Shown piece after piece: positions 12,388 to 22,954 of a stretch of DNA of 64,000 nt. Position 1 is the first letter of the stretch. Every line of letters starts with the position of its first letter. The notes under the pieces were generated by a model. That model was not told where the DNA came from. It made no database searches and worked only from the letters and a program-made list of their open reading frames with translations. The position numbers and the translations under genes are program-made. The stretch covers positions 248,001 to 312,000 of the forward strand of contig NIVC01000491.1 of the NCBI GenBank assembly GCA_002269645.1, in the 5' to 3' direction. The stretch comes from Macrostomum lignano (taxonomy: Eukaryota).

Positions 12388-14165
12388 GACTGAAGCCTGA
12401 ACCTTCAGGGAAGACCTGGGATGGTAGAGACTGAAGCCTGAACCTTCAGGGAAGATCTGGGATGGTAGAGACTGAAGCCTGAACCTTCAGGGAAGACCTG
12501 GGATGGTAGAGACTGAAGCCTGAACCTTCAAGGAAGACCTGGGATGGTAGAGACTGAAGCCTGAACCTTCAGAGAAGACCTGGGATGGTAGAGACTGAAG
12601 CCTGAACCTTCAAGGAAGACCTGGGATGGTAGAGACTGAAGCCTGAACCTTCAGGGAAGATCTGGGATGGTAGAGACTGAAGCCTGAACCTTCAGGGAAG
12701 ACCTGGGATGGTAGAGACTGAAGCCTGAACCTTCAAGGAAGACCTGGGATGGTAGAGACTGAAGCCTGAACCTTCAGAGAAGACCTGGGATGGTAGAGAC
12801 TGAAGCCTGAACCTTCAAGGAAGACCTGGGATGGTAGAGACTGAAGCCTGAACCTTCAGGTAAGATCTGGGATGGTAGAGACTGAAGCCTGAACCTTCAG
12901 GGAAGATCTGGGATGGTAGAGACTGAAGCCTGAACCTTCAAGGAAGACCTGGGATGGTAGAGACTGAAGCCTGAACCTTCAGAGAAGACCTGGGATGGTA
13001 GAGACTGAAGCCTGAACCTTCAAGGAAGACCTGGGATGGTAGAGACTGAAGCCTGAACCTTCAGGGAAGATCTGGGATGGTAGAGACTGAAGCCTGAACC
13101 TTCAGGGAAGACCTGGGATGGTGGCGACTGAAGCCTGAACCTTCAGGGAAGATCTGGGATGGTAGAGACTGAAGTCTGAACCTTCAGGAAAGCCCTGGGA
13201 TGGTAGAGACTGAAGCCTGAACCTTCAGGGAAGATCTGGGATGGTAGAGACTGAAGTCTGAACCTTCAGGGAAGCCCTGGGATGGTAGAGACTGAAGCCT
13301 GAACCTTCAGGGAAGATCTGGGATGGTAGAGACTGAAGTCTGAACCTTCAGGGAAGCCCTGGAATGGTAGAGACTGAAGCCTGAACCTTCAGGGAAGACC
13401 TGGGATGGTGGCGACTGAAGCCTGAACCTTTAGGGAAGATCTGGGATGGTAGAGACTGAAGCCTGAACCTTCAGGGAAGACCTGGGATGGTGGCGACTGA
13501 AGCCTGAACCTTCAGGGAAGATCTGGGATGGTAGAGACTGAAGTCTGAACCTTCAGGGAAGCCCTGGGATGGTAGAGACTGAAGCCTGAACCTTCAGGGA
13601 AGATCTGGGATGGTAGAGACTGAAGTCTGAACCTTCAGGGAAGCCCTGGGATGGTAGAGACTGAAGCCTGAACCTTCAGGGAAGATCTGGGATGGTAGAG
13701 ACTGAAGTCTGAACCTTCAGGGAAGCCCTGGGATGGTAGAGACTGAAGCCTGAACCTTCAGGGAAGACCTGGGATGGTGGCGACTGAAGCCTGAACCTTT
13801 AGGGAAGATCTGGGATGGTAGAGACTGAAGTCGGAACCTTCAGGGAAGACCTGGGATGGTAGAGACTGAAGCCTGAACCTTCAGGGAAGATCTGGGATGG
13901 TAGAGACTGAAGCCTGAACCTACAGGGAAGATCTGGGATGGTAGAGACTGAAGCCTGAACCTTCAGGGAAGACCTGGGATGGTGGCGACTTAAGCCTGAA
14001 CCTTCAGGGAAGATCTGGGATGGTAGAGACTGAAGCCTGAACCTTCAGGGAAGACCTGGGATGGTGGCGACTAAAGCCTGAACCTTCAGGGAAGATCTGG
14101 GATGGTAGAGACCGAAGCCTGAACCTTCAGGGGGATCTGAATGGTACAGACTGAAACCTGAACCA
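12388..14165. repeat. 41-bp minisatellite, ~43 copies
   Basis: actgaagcctgaaccttcagggaagacctgggatggtagag, contiguous with no spacers. Confidence 0.95.
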
Positions 14166-14606
14166 ATTCAGGGGGATTTGGAAGAGTGGCAGCCAAACCT
14201 TTATTAGTTAAAAGGCCATACAACTGACTAGAATAATGGTCAATCAACAGATGCTTATAAAAAGGAGAAAAAATAGAACTAAAATAGAGTTGTTTTCATT
14301 AAATTAAATAAATTCTGTATATTTTACATAGTAAAAATCATAAAACATTCATATCAACAATATACTACTTTAATACTTGTAGCTGGTAGTTACAATAGAA
14401 ATGACACATAATAATTAATAAAAAACCTAACAAACATCCAATTCTAATATAGGTTTACTGTAAGTTAAAAAAAAACTTACCAACCAAATTGACAAACATA
14501 ACTGCGACCCGCATCTGAAATGTGGTGGTTGTTCTTTGTAAGTTAAACAGTAAAGAGAAGCAGCACAGATGATTAATGACCTACATTAATAAAAAATACT
14601 TTTACA

Positions 14607-14668
14607 TCAGTAACAGCCTCTAGAAAATTGATCACGATTGGATCATATATATGCTAGTAACTCATCAT
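14607..14668 (-). ncRNA. SNORD95: Box C/D snoRNA, U95-like family A
   Basis: ATGATGA...CTAGAGGCTGTTA-CTGA; guide complementary to 28S AACAGCCUCUAG; the +5 rule gives the A equivalent to human Am2802. Confidence 0.8.
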
Positions 14669-14705
14669 AAATCCAATTAAAGTACAATGACGAACAGTAA
14701 TAAAA

Positions 14706-15570
14706 ATGAGGATCTGGAAGGCTGTGGCCCAGCAACTGAAGATCTGGGAGGCTGTGGCCCAGCAACGGAGGATCTGGGAGGCTGGTGGCCCAGCAACGGA
14801 GGATCTGGGAGGCTGGTGGCCCAGCAACAGAAGATCTGGGAGGCTAAGGCCCAGCAACAGAGGATCTGGGAGGCTAAGGCCCAGCAACAGAGGATCTGGG
14901 AGGCTAAGGCCCAGCAACAGAGGATCTGGGAGGCTAAGGCCCATCAACAGAGGATCTGGGAGGCTGGCACAGCAACTGAAGATCTGGGAGGCTGTGGCCC
15001 AGCAACGGAGGATCTGGGAGGCTGGTGGCCCAGCAACGGAGGATCTGGGAGGCTGGTGGCCCAGCAACAGAAGATCTGGGAGGCTAAGGCCCAGCAACAG
15101 AAGATCTGGGAGGCTAAGGCCCAGCAACAGAGGATCTGGGAGGCTAAGGCCCAGCAACAGAGGATCTGGGAGGCTAAGGCCCAGCAACAGAGGATCTGGG
15201 AGGCTAAGGCCCATCAACAGAGGATCTGGGAGGCTGGCACAGCAACTGAAGATCTGGGAGGCTGTGGCCCAGCAACGGAGGATCTGGGAGGCTGGTGGCC
15301 CAGCAACGGAGGATCTGGGAGGCTGGCCCAGCAACAGAAGATCTGGGAGGCTAAGGCCCAGCAACAGAGGATCTGGGAGGCTAAGGCCCAGCAACAGAGG
15401 ATCTGGGAGGCTAAGGCCCAGCAACAGAGGATCTGGGAGGCTAAGGCCCAGCAACAGAGGATCTGGGAGGCTAAGGCCCATCAACAGAGGATCTGGGAGG
15501 CTGGCACAGCAACTGATGATCTGGGAGGCTGGCACAGCAACTGATGATCTGGGAGGCTGGCCCAGCAACT
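14706..15570. repeat. 30-bp minisatellite (aggatctgggaggctaaggcccagcaacag)
   Basis: Tandem periodicity; explains ORFs 14654..15620. Confidence 0.95.
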
Positions 15571-15797
15571 GTGGATCTGGGGAGTGTACCAGTCATTGTA
15601 TTAATTGGACTAGTTATTAATAATAACTCTGTTGTACAAGACTGAATCTTTTGAAACAGCACACTCACAAGAAGCTTCATATATAGATTATTGTCTCGGA
15701 TAGATCTGAAATGAAGCAAGGAGTGCATTGGTGGAGTTGTTAAGTAATATATAAGAAATCCATTTATATATTATACGACTGCAAATTTAAAGCTACA

Positions 15798-15858
15798 TCA
15801 GCAACAGCCTCTAGAAACTAGATCAGTTAAAGATCAGAATGAACTAGTAACTCATCAT
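15798..15858 (-). ncRNA. SNORD95: Box C/D snoRNA, U95-like family A
   Basis: ATGATGAGTTACTAG...CTAGAGGCTGTTG-CTGA. Confidence 0.8.
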
Positions 15859-16070
15859 GTGTGAATATTCTGAATATTGGAATTAATTTAGTATTGATTT
15901 AGCTACTTACTTTTAGGTGCAGAAGAGCGAATAATACTGAACCACACGTACTGCAGAAAGATACAAATGGTGAAATCACCTAAAATTGTTAGGGAAAACA
16001 TGGATACTGTCAAAACTGAAAAAAATTATTTTCAATTAAGAATCTGAGAGATGAATGGATTTAATAACAA

Positions 16071-16146
16071 TCAGAAACCTGGGGGGTTGTAACGAGCTCA
16101 AAGATCGTCAATCATGCGTAATATGATTCTCAATAGTTATCATCAC
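16071..16146 (-). ncRNA. Box C/D snoRNA, orphan family X
   Basis: GTGATGA...ACGCATGA-TTGA...CTGA; core shared with the 18371 and 19211 copies. Confidence 0.55.
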
Positions 16147-16194
16147 GAAAGCGAACACAGTATGAAGTGCGCATATAAGTTCGACAAAAAGTAC

Positions 16195-16795
16195 CGACGC
16201 CTTAGATCCCCATCTAATGACGCCTTAGATCCCCATCTAATGACGCCTTATATCCCTATCTAATGACACCTTATATCCCTATCTAATGACACCTTATATC
16301 CCTATCTAATGACACCTTATATCCCTATCTAATGACACCTTATATCCCTATCTAATGACACCTTATATCCCCATCTAATGACACCTTATATCCCCATCTA
16401 ATGACGCCTTAGATCCCCATCTAATGACGCCTTATATCCCTATCTAATGACACCTTATATCCCTGCCTTATATCCCTATCTAATGACACCTTATATCCCT
16501 ATCTAATGACACCTTATATCCCTATCTAATGACACCTTATATCCCTATCTAATGACACCTTATATCCCTATCTAATGACACCTTATATCCCTATCTAATG
16601 ACACCTTATATCCCTATCTAATGACACCTTATATCCCTATCTAATGACACCTTATATCCCTATCTAATGACACCTTATATCCCTATCTAATGACACCTTA
16701 TATCCCTATCTAATGACACCTTATATCCCTATCTAATGACACCTTATATCCCTACCTAATAACACCTTAGATCCACATCTAATGACACCTTATAT
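16195..16795. repeat. 23-bp minisatellite (gacaccttatatccctatctaat)
   Basis: Tandem periodicity. Confidence 0.95.
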
Positions 16796-17233
16796 TACTC
16801 GTACCATCTATTTAGCAACCAATAAATAAATAAAAATGAATCTTAATTTAACTTACTTTTATCAACTCAATTCTAAACGTGATGGTTCTACCATCAAAGA
16901 CACAAATATAGAAGCCTAAAATGAGGTGAAAAATGTACAATAAAACATACTGACAGTTAATTAAATTGAGAAATAACTAATTAAATAAAAACGTTTCCCT
17001 TTTTATTATCAACAATGCACCAGACTTTTCAATCATACGTAATATGAATATAGTTTTTCATCATTTAGTATATAGGGAAACTGAATACAATAAACAGAGG
17101 AACTTACATATGACAGATGCGCTAACTCGGGTAAAAAACTGCATCTAAAAGGTACATAATTGGTCAAGATAAAAACCATATATACCAGTTAAAGTAATCA
17201 AACTAGAAATAAACAGTAACACAGATTTTACTA

Positions 17234-17281
17234 TCAGTAACAGCCTAAAATGGATCATAGTTTAAACTAGTAACTCATCAT
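17234..17281 (-). ncRNA. SNORD95: Box C/D snoRNA, U95-like family A, short (48 nt) copy
   Basis: ATGATGAGTTACTAG...TAGGCTGTTA-CTGA; guide shortened. Confidence 0.6.
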
Positions 17282-17368
17282 TTTACTTTCAGCTCCAAGT
17301 CACAACTGAAGTCATAATAATAAAACTAGAAAATCGGTTACATTTAACTCTAAAAGCTAAATGAGTAA

Positions 17369-17574
17369 ACTTTACAGAAAATGTCAACAAAGGGCCTGTC
17401 AACTTAAGCTCATAAAGTAGAGTCCCTAATTATGCCTTTGGTTGTTCTCCCCTATATCCCAAATCCAATTTTTGTCACTTTGCCAAATCCAGCTTCCTGG
17501 TGTCACTTTGAGCAGAATGACTCCACTTTATGAGCTTAAGTTGACAGGCCCTTTGTTGACATTTTCTGTAAAGT
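17369..17574. mobile_element. 206-bp MITE-like foldback with ~55-bp inverted repeats
   Basis: actttacagaaaatgtcaacaaagggcctgtcaacttaagctcataaagt and its near-exact reverse complement; no TSD seen. Confidence 0.7.
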
Positions 17575-17824
17575 CAGCGTCGAAACTATATGGGAAAACT
17601 GCAAATTTTAATATATAAAGCTCAAGTTCGCAATAATATAATATATTTCAAACACTTACTATTGTAATATTAGTAAACGCCATTTTCAGCTTATAGTGAA
17701 TTACAGCTTCTGAAAAGTGAACAATAATTACGACTCTGATAAGTAATATTTAATAGAAAGCTAACTCATTTAAGTTAAAACAAAACTTATTAAAGTTCAG
17801 ATCAACCTTTGTATATAGTTTTCC

Positions 17825-17868
17825 TCAATTGAATTTAAATTTCGGAAGACCGTCGTGTTTGTCATCAT
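17825..17868 (-). ncRNA. SNORD35: Box C/D snoRNA, U35/snR73-like, ultra-short form
   Basis: ATGATGA-CAAACACGACGGTCTT-CCGA...TTGA; guide complementary to 28S AGACCGUCGUG; targets the C equivalent to yeast Cm2959. Confidence 0.7.
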
Positions 17869-18091
17869 AAATTAGACTACTATAAGTAACACAAACACTA
17901 AATATAGTACTAAACATATATATATATGAGAGTATAATTTAAAATACTTACAGTTTGTTAAACAAGACATATTGAATCCGTGTTTTCTAAAAAGTAGAGT
18001 TTCAAACGACTTCTTAGGTTAGATTTTTTTAAATGCTTAACGTAAAACAACTTAAGCAACAGCTTTTTTATTTTAATAAACTTAAAGAAAG

Positions 18092-18168
18092 TCAGAGAAA
18101 AAGTTAGCATGCAACATCATTTCAGTTTCGTTCAGACGAAAGATGGTGTAATATGATTTATTCATCAT
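18092..18168 (-). ncRNA. SNORD32: Box C/D snoRNA, U32/U51 (snR39/59)-like
   Basis: C ATGATGA, guide CACCATCTTTCG-T-CTGA complementary to 28S CGAAAGAUGGUG (yeast Am807), C' ATGATGT, D CTGA. Confidence 0.8.
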
Positions 18169-18370
18169 AAAGTGAATGAAATTTAATGACTACCAAAAAT
18201 ATACTTAGACTTAAGATAAGAAACTTACCTTTGTCTGCATCTGATCGACTATCGATTCATTTAGAGCAAGGCGCTTATCGTGTCCAAAAGTGTCCTAAAA
18301 TAGATAAAGTCAGATAGTTTGAAATCAAAGCATAAAGTTTAAATGTGTCAAAACTTGTTTATTTTTTAAT

Positions 18371-18431
18371 TCAGTTTCGCCCCGAGAGACGCGGTCAATC
18401 ATGCGTGTTCTTATTATAATTTTATGCATCA
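18371..18431 (-). ncRNA. Box C/D snoRNA, orphan family X
   Basis: ATGATGC...GAACACGCATGA-TTGA...CTGA. Confidence 0.55.
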
Positions 18432-18608
18432 TTTGAATTATAAATACAAATCTAGACGTTTTTTATGATAAACAAAAATCCTTACTTACGTACTAACAGT
18501 AGATAAATGCAGAGCCGTATTGGAAAATCTAAAAATGTGAAAATATGCTATTTTAGCTGTGGAAAAGACTAGCAAATCAAGCATCTTTAAATTTTATTTA
18601 GATTTTCC

Positions 18609-18650
18609 TCATGACTATTAATTTCGGAAGACCGTCGTGTTTGTCATCAT
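18609..18650 (-). ncRNA. SNORD35: Box C/D snoRNA, U35-like, ultra-short form
   Basis: Same C box, guide and CCGA; terminal ATGA. Confidence 0.65.
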
Positions 18651-18842
18651 ATCACGTTTTTAACATTAATAAAAATTAAGCATTGAAAACTGACCAAAAA
18701 TTTCAACTTACAACTGTACACGGTACAACTTCTTGATTGTAGCTTGTTGATCTAAAAAAAGATTATTAAAAAGCAATACTTACATAAATAAAGACAAATT
18801 TTGGTTTTTATTAACAACAGAAAACATTTTACTCTTTTTAAA

Positions 18843-18923
18843 TCAGATACTTGATAATTGACATCATTAATATCTTATATTGATGTTCAGACGAAAGATG
18901 GTGTATATGTAGTTATTCATCAT
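18843..18923 (-). ncRNA. SNORD32: Box C/D snoRNA, U32/U51-like
   Basis: C, CACCATCTTTCG guide, D', C' and D all present. Confidence 0.8.
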
Positions 18924-19210
18924 TATTCATGGGCCACTAACCAACAATCAAATAAATCATTGGACAACTATGCTAATAGTAGCTCTAAAACATCTATCCT
19001 AACATGAAGAATACAATAAACCTATGAGTAATATAGATATTAGAGCTTACCAAACTAATTTTAATACACAATCAGACGGAATGTACTTCGGTTAGCTCGT
19101 ATCTTCGAAACGGTTTAGCTACAAAATAGTGTGTTATGGAAGCACAGTTTAACATTGAAAAGCATCAACAAATTATTAATCGTTTAATGGCGCATTGGTG
19201 CAGCGTTGAG

Positions 19211-19272
19211 TCAGTAAGTTACTAGGCAATGAAAGTCAATCATGCGTGTTCAACAAATTAAAAAAGCATCAT
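19211..19272 (-). ncRNA. Box C/D snoRNA, orphan family X
   Basis: ATGATGC...GAACACGCATGA-TTGA...CTGA. Confidence 0.55.
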
Positions 19273-19475
19273 ATATTAGACAACGAAAAACACTTATAGA
19301 GACTCAATTGCACACTCACTACTAATAGTAGCAAAAGTCCTCGCGCAGTAGTCTAAAATTATTTAGAAAAAATACCGAGTAACTTAAACACGTAACGACG
19401 CTACTTATTTGTTATATAACCTATACACCTTCAAGCTTAGCTTTCAGATTTTAAATGGTTTAGTTAAAGTTGTCC

Positions 19476-19518
19476 TCAATTGTATTAAATTTCGGAAGAC
19501 CGTCGTGTTTGTCATCAT
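19476..19518 (-). ncRNA. SNORD35: Box C/D snoRNA, U35-like, ultra-short form (degenerate extra copy at ~19762-19804)
   Basis: Same C box, guide, CCGA and TTGA. Confidence 0.65.
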
Positions 19519-19994
19519 ATATACAGCCTACTATAAGTAACAAAAATCTTCACACCAGGCAAAAAGGATTTTAAACACTTACCAGTTAATAAAAGTAGAA
19601 GCAGGAGTGTCAAACTTATTGATAGACTCTTCTGCAAAAAGTGTAAATTAATTTTATAGTGTTTAACTTACATTTAAGTACATTTAAATGACACAATAAA
19701 ACGTAATGAAAAGTAAAAACTCGAAAGCGTCAGACAAAACCAGTTAGTTAAAATTTTTTCCACAATTGTGCCAACTTTCAGAAAACCGTCGTGTTTGTCG
19801 TCATTTCTCAAGTATTCATTAAGTTTCAAAATGCGGGACACAAAACAAACAAAATAAACTAACCGAAATAAAAGCCAATCCAGCACTCCATAAAGGATCA
19901 ACGGTTGATGATTGGTCCCTAAAATTTAATTAAATAAATTGTAAAGAAACATTCCTAAGACTTATTTTACTTTTAAAATTACAATTGAAAACAT

Positions 19995-20067
19995 TCAGAT
20001 AATAAAAATGCTGACACTCATTAAAGTCTGTCAGACGAAAGATGGTGTATTGGAAAATATTCATCAT
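19995..20067 (-). ncRNA. SNORD32: Box C/D snoRNA, U32/U51-like
   Basis: ATGATGA, CACCATCTTTCG-T-CTGA, terminal CTGA. Confidence 0.78.
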
Positions 20068-20249
20068 ACAAAGAGTTCTAGCTATTAAAATATAGTATTA
20101 TACAAATATGAGCAAGTAGCTTACCAAAAATCCTCAGACAAGAATACTAACATCAGATTCTAAAACAGAATGGTTAAAAAATCGAATTTAGTTGAATATG
20201 AATATACACTTCTAAAGTCAGATTAATTTATGAATATGTATTAGATGGC

Positions 20250-20312
20250 TCAGTAATAATATAGGTTTTGATCACTACTGACTCAGACAATGTAGGTAAA
20301 TGTTGACATCAT
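20250..20312 (-). ncRNA. SNORD34: Box C/D snoRNA, U34/snR62-like
   Basis: ATGATGT, guide TACCTACATTGT-CTGA complementary to 28S ACAAUGUAGGUA (human Um2824). Confidence 0.8.
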
Positions 20313-20557
20313 TTTTCCGGCTTCTTAGCTACTGAATTTTAAACACATACAAGCACATAATTTACGCCTCACAAGACTTTGCATGGAAAACTAATTTTAA
20401 CAATCAACCACAAGGATACTGTTTTTTTAAATAGTAACTCACCGAATGTATTGAAGCACATTCAACAGGCTGAAAGGAAAGTAGTGATAAAGAAACAATT
20501 TATAACTATGTGTTGAAATGAACAAAATAAAGAAGCAATAGTAAAATTAAAATGAGA

Positions 20558-20621
20558 TCAGGGACTGCATGCTTCCGAACCGGTTAGTAATCACACGTGA
20601 TCATATTTTTGCTTTCATCAT
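20558..20621 (-). ncRNA. Box C/D snoRNA, orphan family Y
   Basis: ATGATGA...ATGA-TCACGT-GTGATTA...CTGA; internal D'/C' shared with the 21478, 24941 and 27796 copies. Confidence 0.55.
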
Positions 20622-20802
20622 TAGGCTTAAAAATATTAATTATAAACAGAGTCCACAAAAAGCACAAACGCTTACCTTGGATAAAACCAGGACAAATGTA
20701 AGATTTACAAAGACCTGAAAAGTTTTGCAAGAATTTACAGCAAATAATGTAGTTATGTCATCAACTTCAAGCACCCGCTTTGTAGATGCTTTTCCTGGTG
20801 TA

Positions 20803-21174
20803 TTTATTATTTTTTTATTAGAGGCAGGGGGTTGTGTGCACCCTGGCGCACTTTAAGCGACATAGGCACACAACCGGCGAGAGGCATTACTGCCCATTCC
20901 GCCGACTCCCCTGAGCAGGCATACAAGCGCGCGGATACGTACGCAGGCACACACTACACAGGAGTGTACAGCGGCCCTAACTTTATATTATCGTTAGGCA
21001 TGTACACTTCACTGCGCCTTGGGGGGTTGGTTCTCAAGGCCGTTAATTGCACGAGCAGAGCCAAGCCGAGATTCCAATTTAGCCACCAAATTAATGTGAC
21101 TGCACTTGGAATCGAGCTTGGGTTGCTGGCACACCAGAGCAGCTGCGCTACCGCTGGGCTACGCCCCCCTTTTG
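20803..21174 (-). mobile_element. tRNA-derived SINE (~370 bp) with 8-bp TSD ctggtgta
   Basis: Head GGGGGGCGTAGCCCAGCGGTAGCG (A box) ... GCTCGATTCC (B-box-like); A-rich tail; ctggtgta at 20795-20802 and 21175-21182. Confidence 0.75.
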
Positions 21175-21477
21175 CTGGTGTAACATCAGGCTCTCTTCGT
21201 TACCCCCTTTTAACGGCATACGCTGTTTGGCTACCCAACCCCCCCCCCTCCCTGCAGGGACATGGGGGTGTACTATAAAGCTGTCGTAGCGTAAGTTCGA
21301 TCGTACGTCGGAACTTTTACACTGCGAAAATAGGAGCTAAGATCGATCTTATCTTACGATGGCTTTATAGAACGGGCCCATGGTCTTTGGTCCGCCTCCG
21401 CCGGGGTCCGCCCCCCACTTCCCGCCAAAGCGGCAGTTGTAAGTAACAATTAATCCAAAATTATTAATGCGTTTCTT

Positions 21478-21544
21478 TCAGTCTGCGAAGTCCAGGAAAG
21501 CCATTCAGTAATCACATGTGATCAGCTGTTTTGATGGACATCAT
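21478..21544 (-). ncRNA. Box C/D snoRNA, orphan family Y
   Basis: ATGATGT...CTGA-TCACAT-GTGATTA...CTGA. Confidence 0.6.
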
Positions 21545-21690
21545 GTTGAGAAACTTTAGAACCATATAACCGCGTAAAAATTGTAGATAAAAGTTTTTTA
21601 ACTCACATAAAGAATGAGTCATAGTGATTTCAATTCAGTAACAACGGAGAAGCCAATAATAAGTATTTATTAAAAATAACTAATTTATCG

Positions 21691-21762
21691 TCAGGGTTAA
21701 AAAGCTTAAAGTTTACAATCATAGAATATTGGAATAAATCATAATTGGATCTATGTCATCAT
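21691..21762 (-). ncRNA. SNORD36: Box C/D snoRNA, U36/snR47-like
   Basis: AGCTTTTTAACC-CTGA complementary to 18S GUUAAAAAGCU (yeast Am619 / human Am668). Confidence 0.82.
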
Positions 21763-21968
21763 TTGAACAGGTACTCTACATTTACATTAGAGAGAGAACA
21801 GGGTATCGGTCGTACAACTTACCCAGATAGAAACAGCTGGTCAATTTCATAGAAGGCATCGTCTATCTATCTGAAATTGAATTATTTGAACAGGAACAGC
21901 TGATATTTGAAAACGAACTCAAAGGAGGCAAAAAAGCTCGTATCTAAATGAAAATCTCAAAGCTATAA

Positions 21969-22040
21969 TCAGATAAATTTTGGAACGGTAATTAGAATAA
22001 TATCAGTATTGTTTCTCATATGGCAGAATCTATTCATCAT
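21969..22040 (-). ncRNA. SNORD47: Box C/D snoRNA, U47-like
   Basis: GATTCTGCCA-T-ATGA complementary to 28S UGGCAGAAUC (human Cm3866), plus the ACCGTTCCA element. Confidence 0.82.
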
Positions 22041-22217
22041 ATAGTGGCAGACTTTACTGTACAATATAAAAACATGTATTAACAACTTACTATTAGTAAT
22101 GCAGTGAAGGTCTTCACCAAAGCTGAAAAGATGTTTAAGAAAACAATTTTTACTGACTTTAATTTTTCAATTGAATCTGAAATCTGCTTTTTTGCGAGCT
22201 ATAGTCAATGCGAATCA

Positions 22218-22294
22218 TCAGAAACAGCCTCTAAATTATCGATCACAATTTGATCAGATGCTTGGTGAATATAGTCTTATTACAAACTCATCAC
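22218..22294 (-). ncRNA. SNORD95: Box C/D snoRNA, U95-like family B
   Basis: GTGATGA...TTCACCAAGCAT-CTGA...TAGAGGCTGTTT-CTGA; terminal stem gaatca/tgattc. Confidence 0.82.
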
Positions 22295-22364
22295 TGATTC
22301 AAAAATTTTTTCCTTAAATCGAAACTCAGTTTATGCCACACACTGATGTAATCTAAGGAGACAG

Positions 22365-22590
22365 TGACCCTGGGATGTGAGGTGACAGAGTGATCCTGGG
22401 ATCTGAGGGGACGGTGTGATCCTGGGATCTGAGGTGACAGAGTGACCCTGGGATCTGAGGTGACAGAGTGATCCTGGGATCTGAGGGGACGGTGTGATCC
22501 TGGGATCTGAGGGGACGGTGTGATCCTGGGATCTGAGGGGACGGTGTGACTCCGCGTTTTGAGGTGACCCTGGGATCCGAGGTGACAGAT
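22365..22590. repeat. 26-bp satellite (gtgacagagtgaccctgggatctgag), array 1 of 6
   Basis: Same family recurs at 26745-27290, 28795-29360, 30700-31645, 32585-33165 and 33335-33410. Confidence 0.92.
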
Positions 22591-22737
22591 CACCTTATTG
22601 TAGCATCAAACAATGTAGGTAAGAGTTTAATCAATTATATTTTAATTTTAGGCTTGAAACTTGTGATTATTTTCAAATTCCTATAATTATATAGTTAAAG
22701 TTCCTATAATTAGACAGTTGCGTTATTAAAGTTTTCC

Positions 22738-22803
22738 TCAGTGAATACTATAACTAACTACTAATAGTAGTTAGTATCAGTAGACCGTCGTGTTTGTCAT
22801 CAC
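22738..22803 (-). ncRNA. SNORD35: Box C/D snoRNA, U35-like, long form
   Basis: GTGATGA-CAAACACGACGGTCTA-CTGA, internal hairpin (actactattagtagt), CTGA. Confidence 0.8.
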
Positions 22804-22954
22804 ATTATTAAGGAACATGGCCCTGTGTGTTTATTTTAAATTACTCCTAAACAAACATATACTAGAAAAATAGGCAATTACCTTCTTCACAAAACATATG
22901 ATCTAGACTTCATTTTGGTGAACTGCAATAATATTAAAATTAATTTCAATAGTA

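Noticed and set aside
12388-14165. 41-bp repeat with an internal CTGAA/TTCAG hairpin, superficially CRISPR-like
   Set aside because: Units are contiguous with no unique spacers, there are no cas genes, and the context is eukaryotic; it is a minisatellite.
16100-17050. Family X guide CATATTACGYAT resembling a complement of fungal 5.8S AUACGUAAUGUG
   Set aside because: Animal 5.8S differs there and the other X copies do not keep this segment.
19217-19226. 9-nt complementarity between an X copy (CTAGTAACT) and the U95A element (AGTTACTAG)
   Set aside because: Present in one copy only; expected by chance in AT-rich sequence.
21460-21600. Family Y as a composite C/D-H/ACA or long processing snoRNA because of conserved flanks
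   Set aside because: No convincing H or ACA boxes; flank similarity is explained by recent module duplication.
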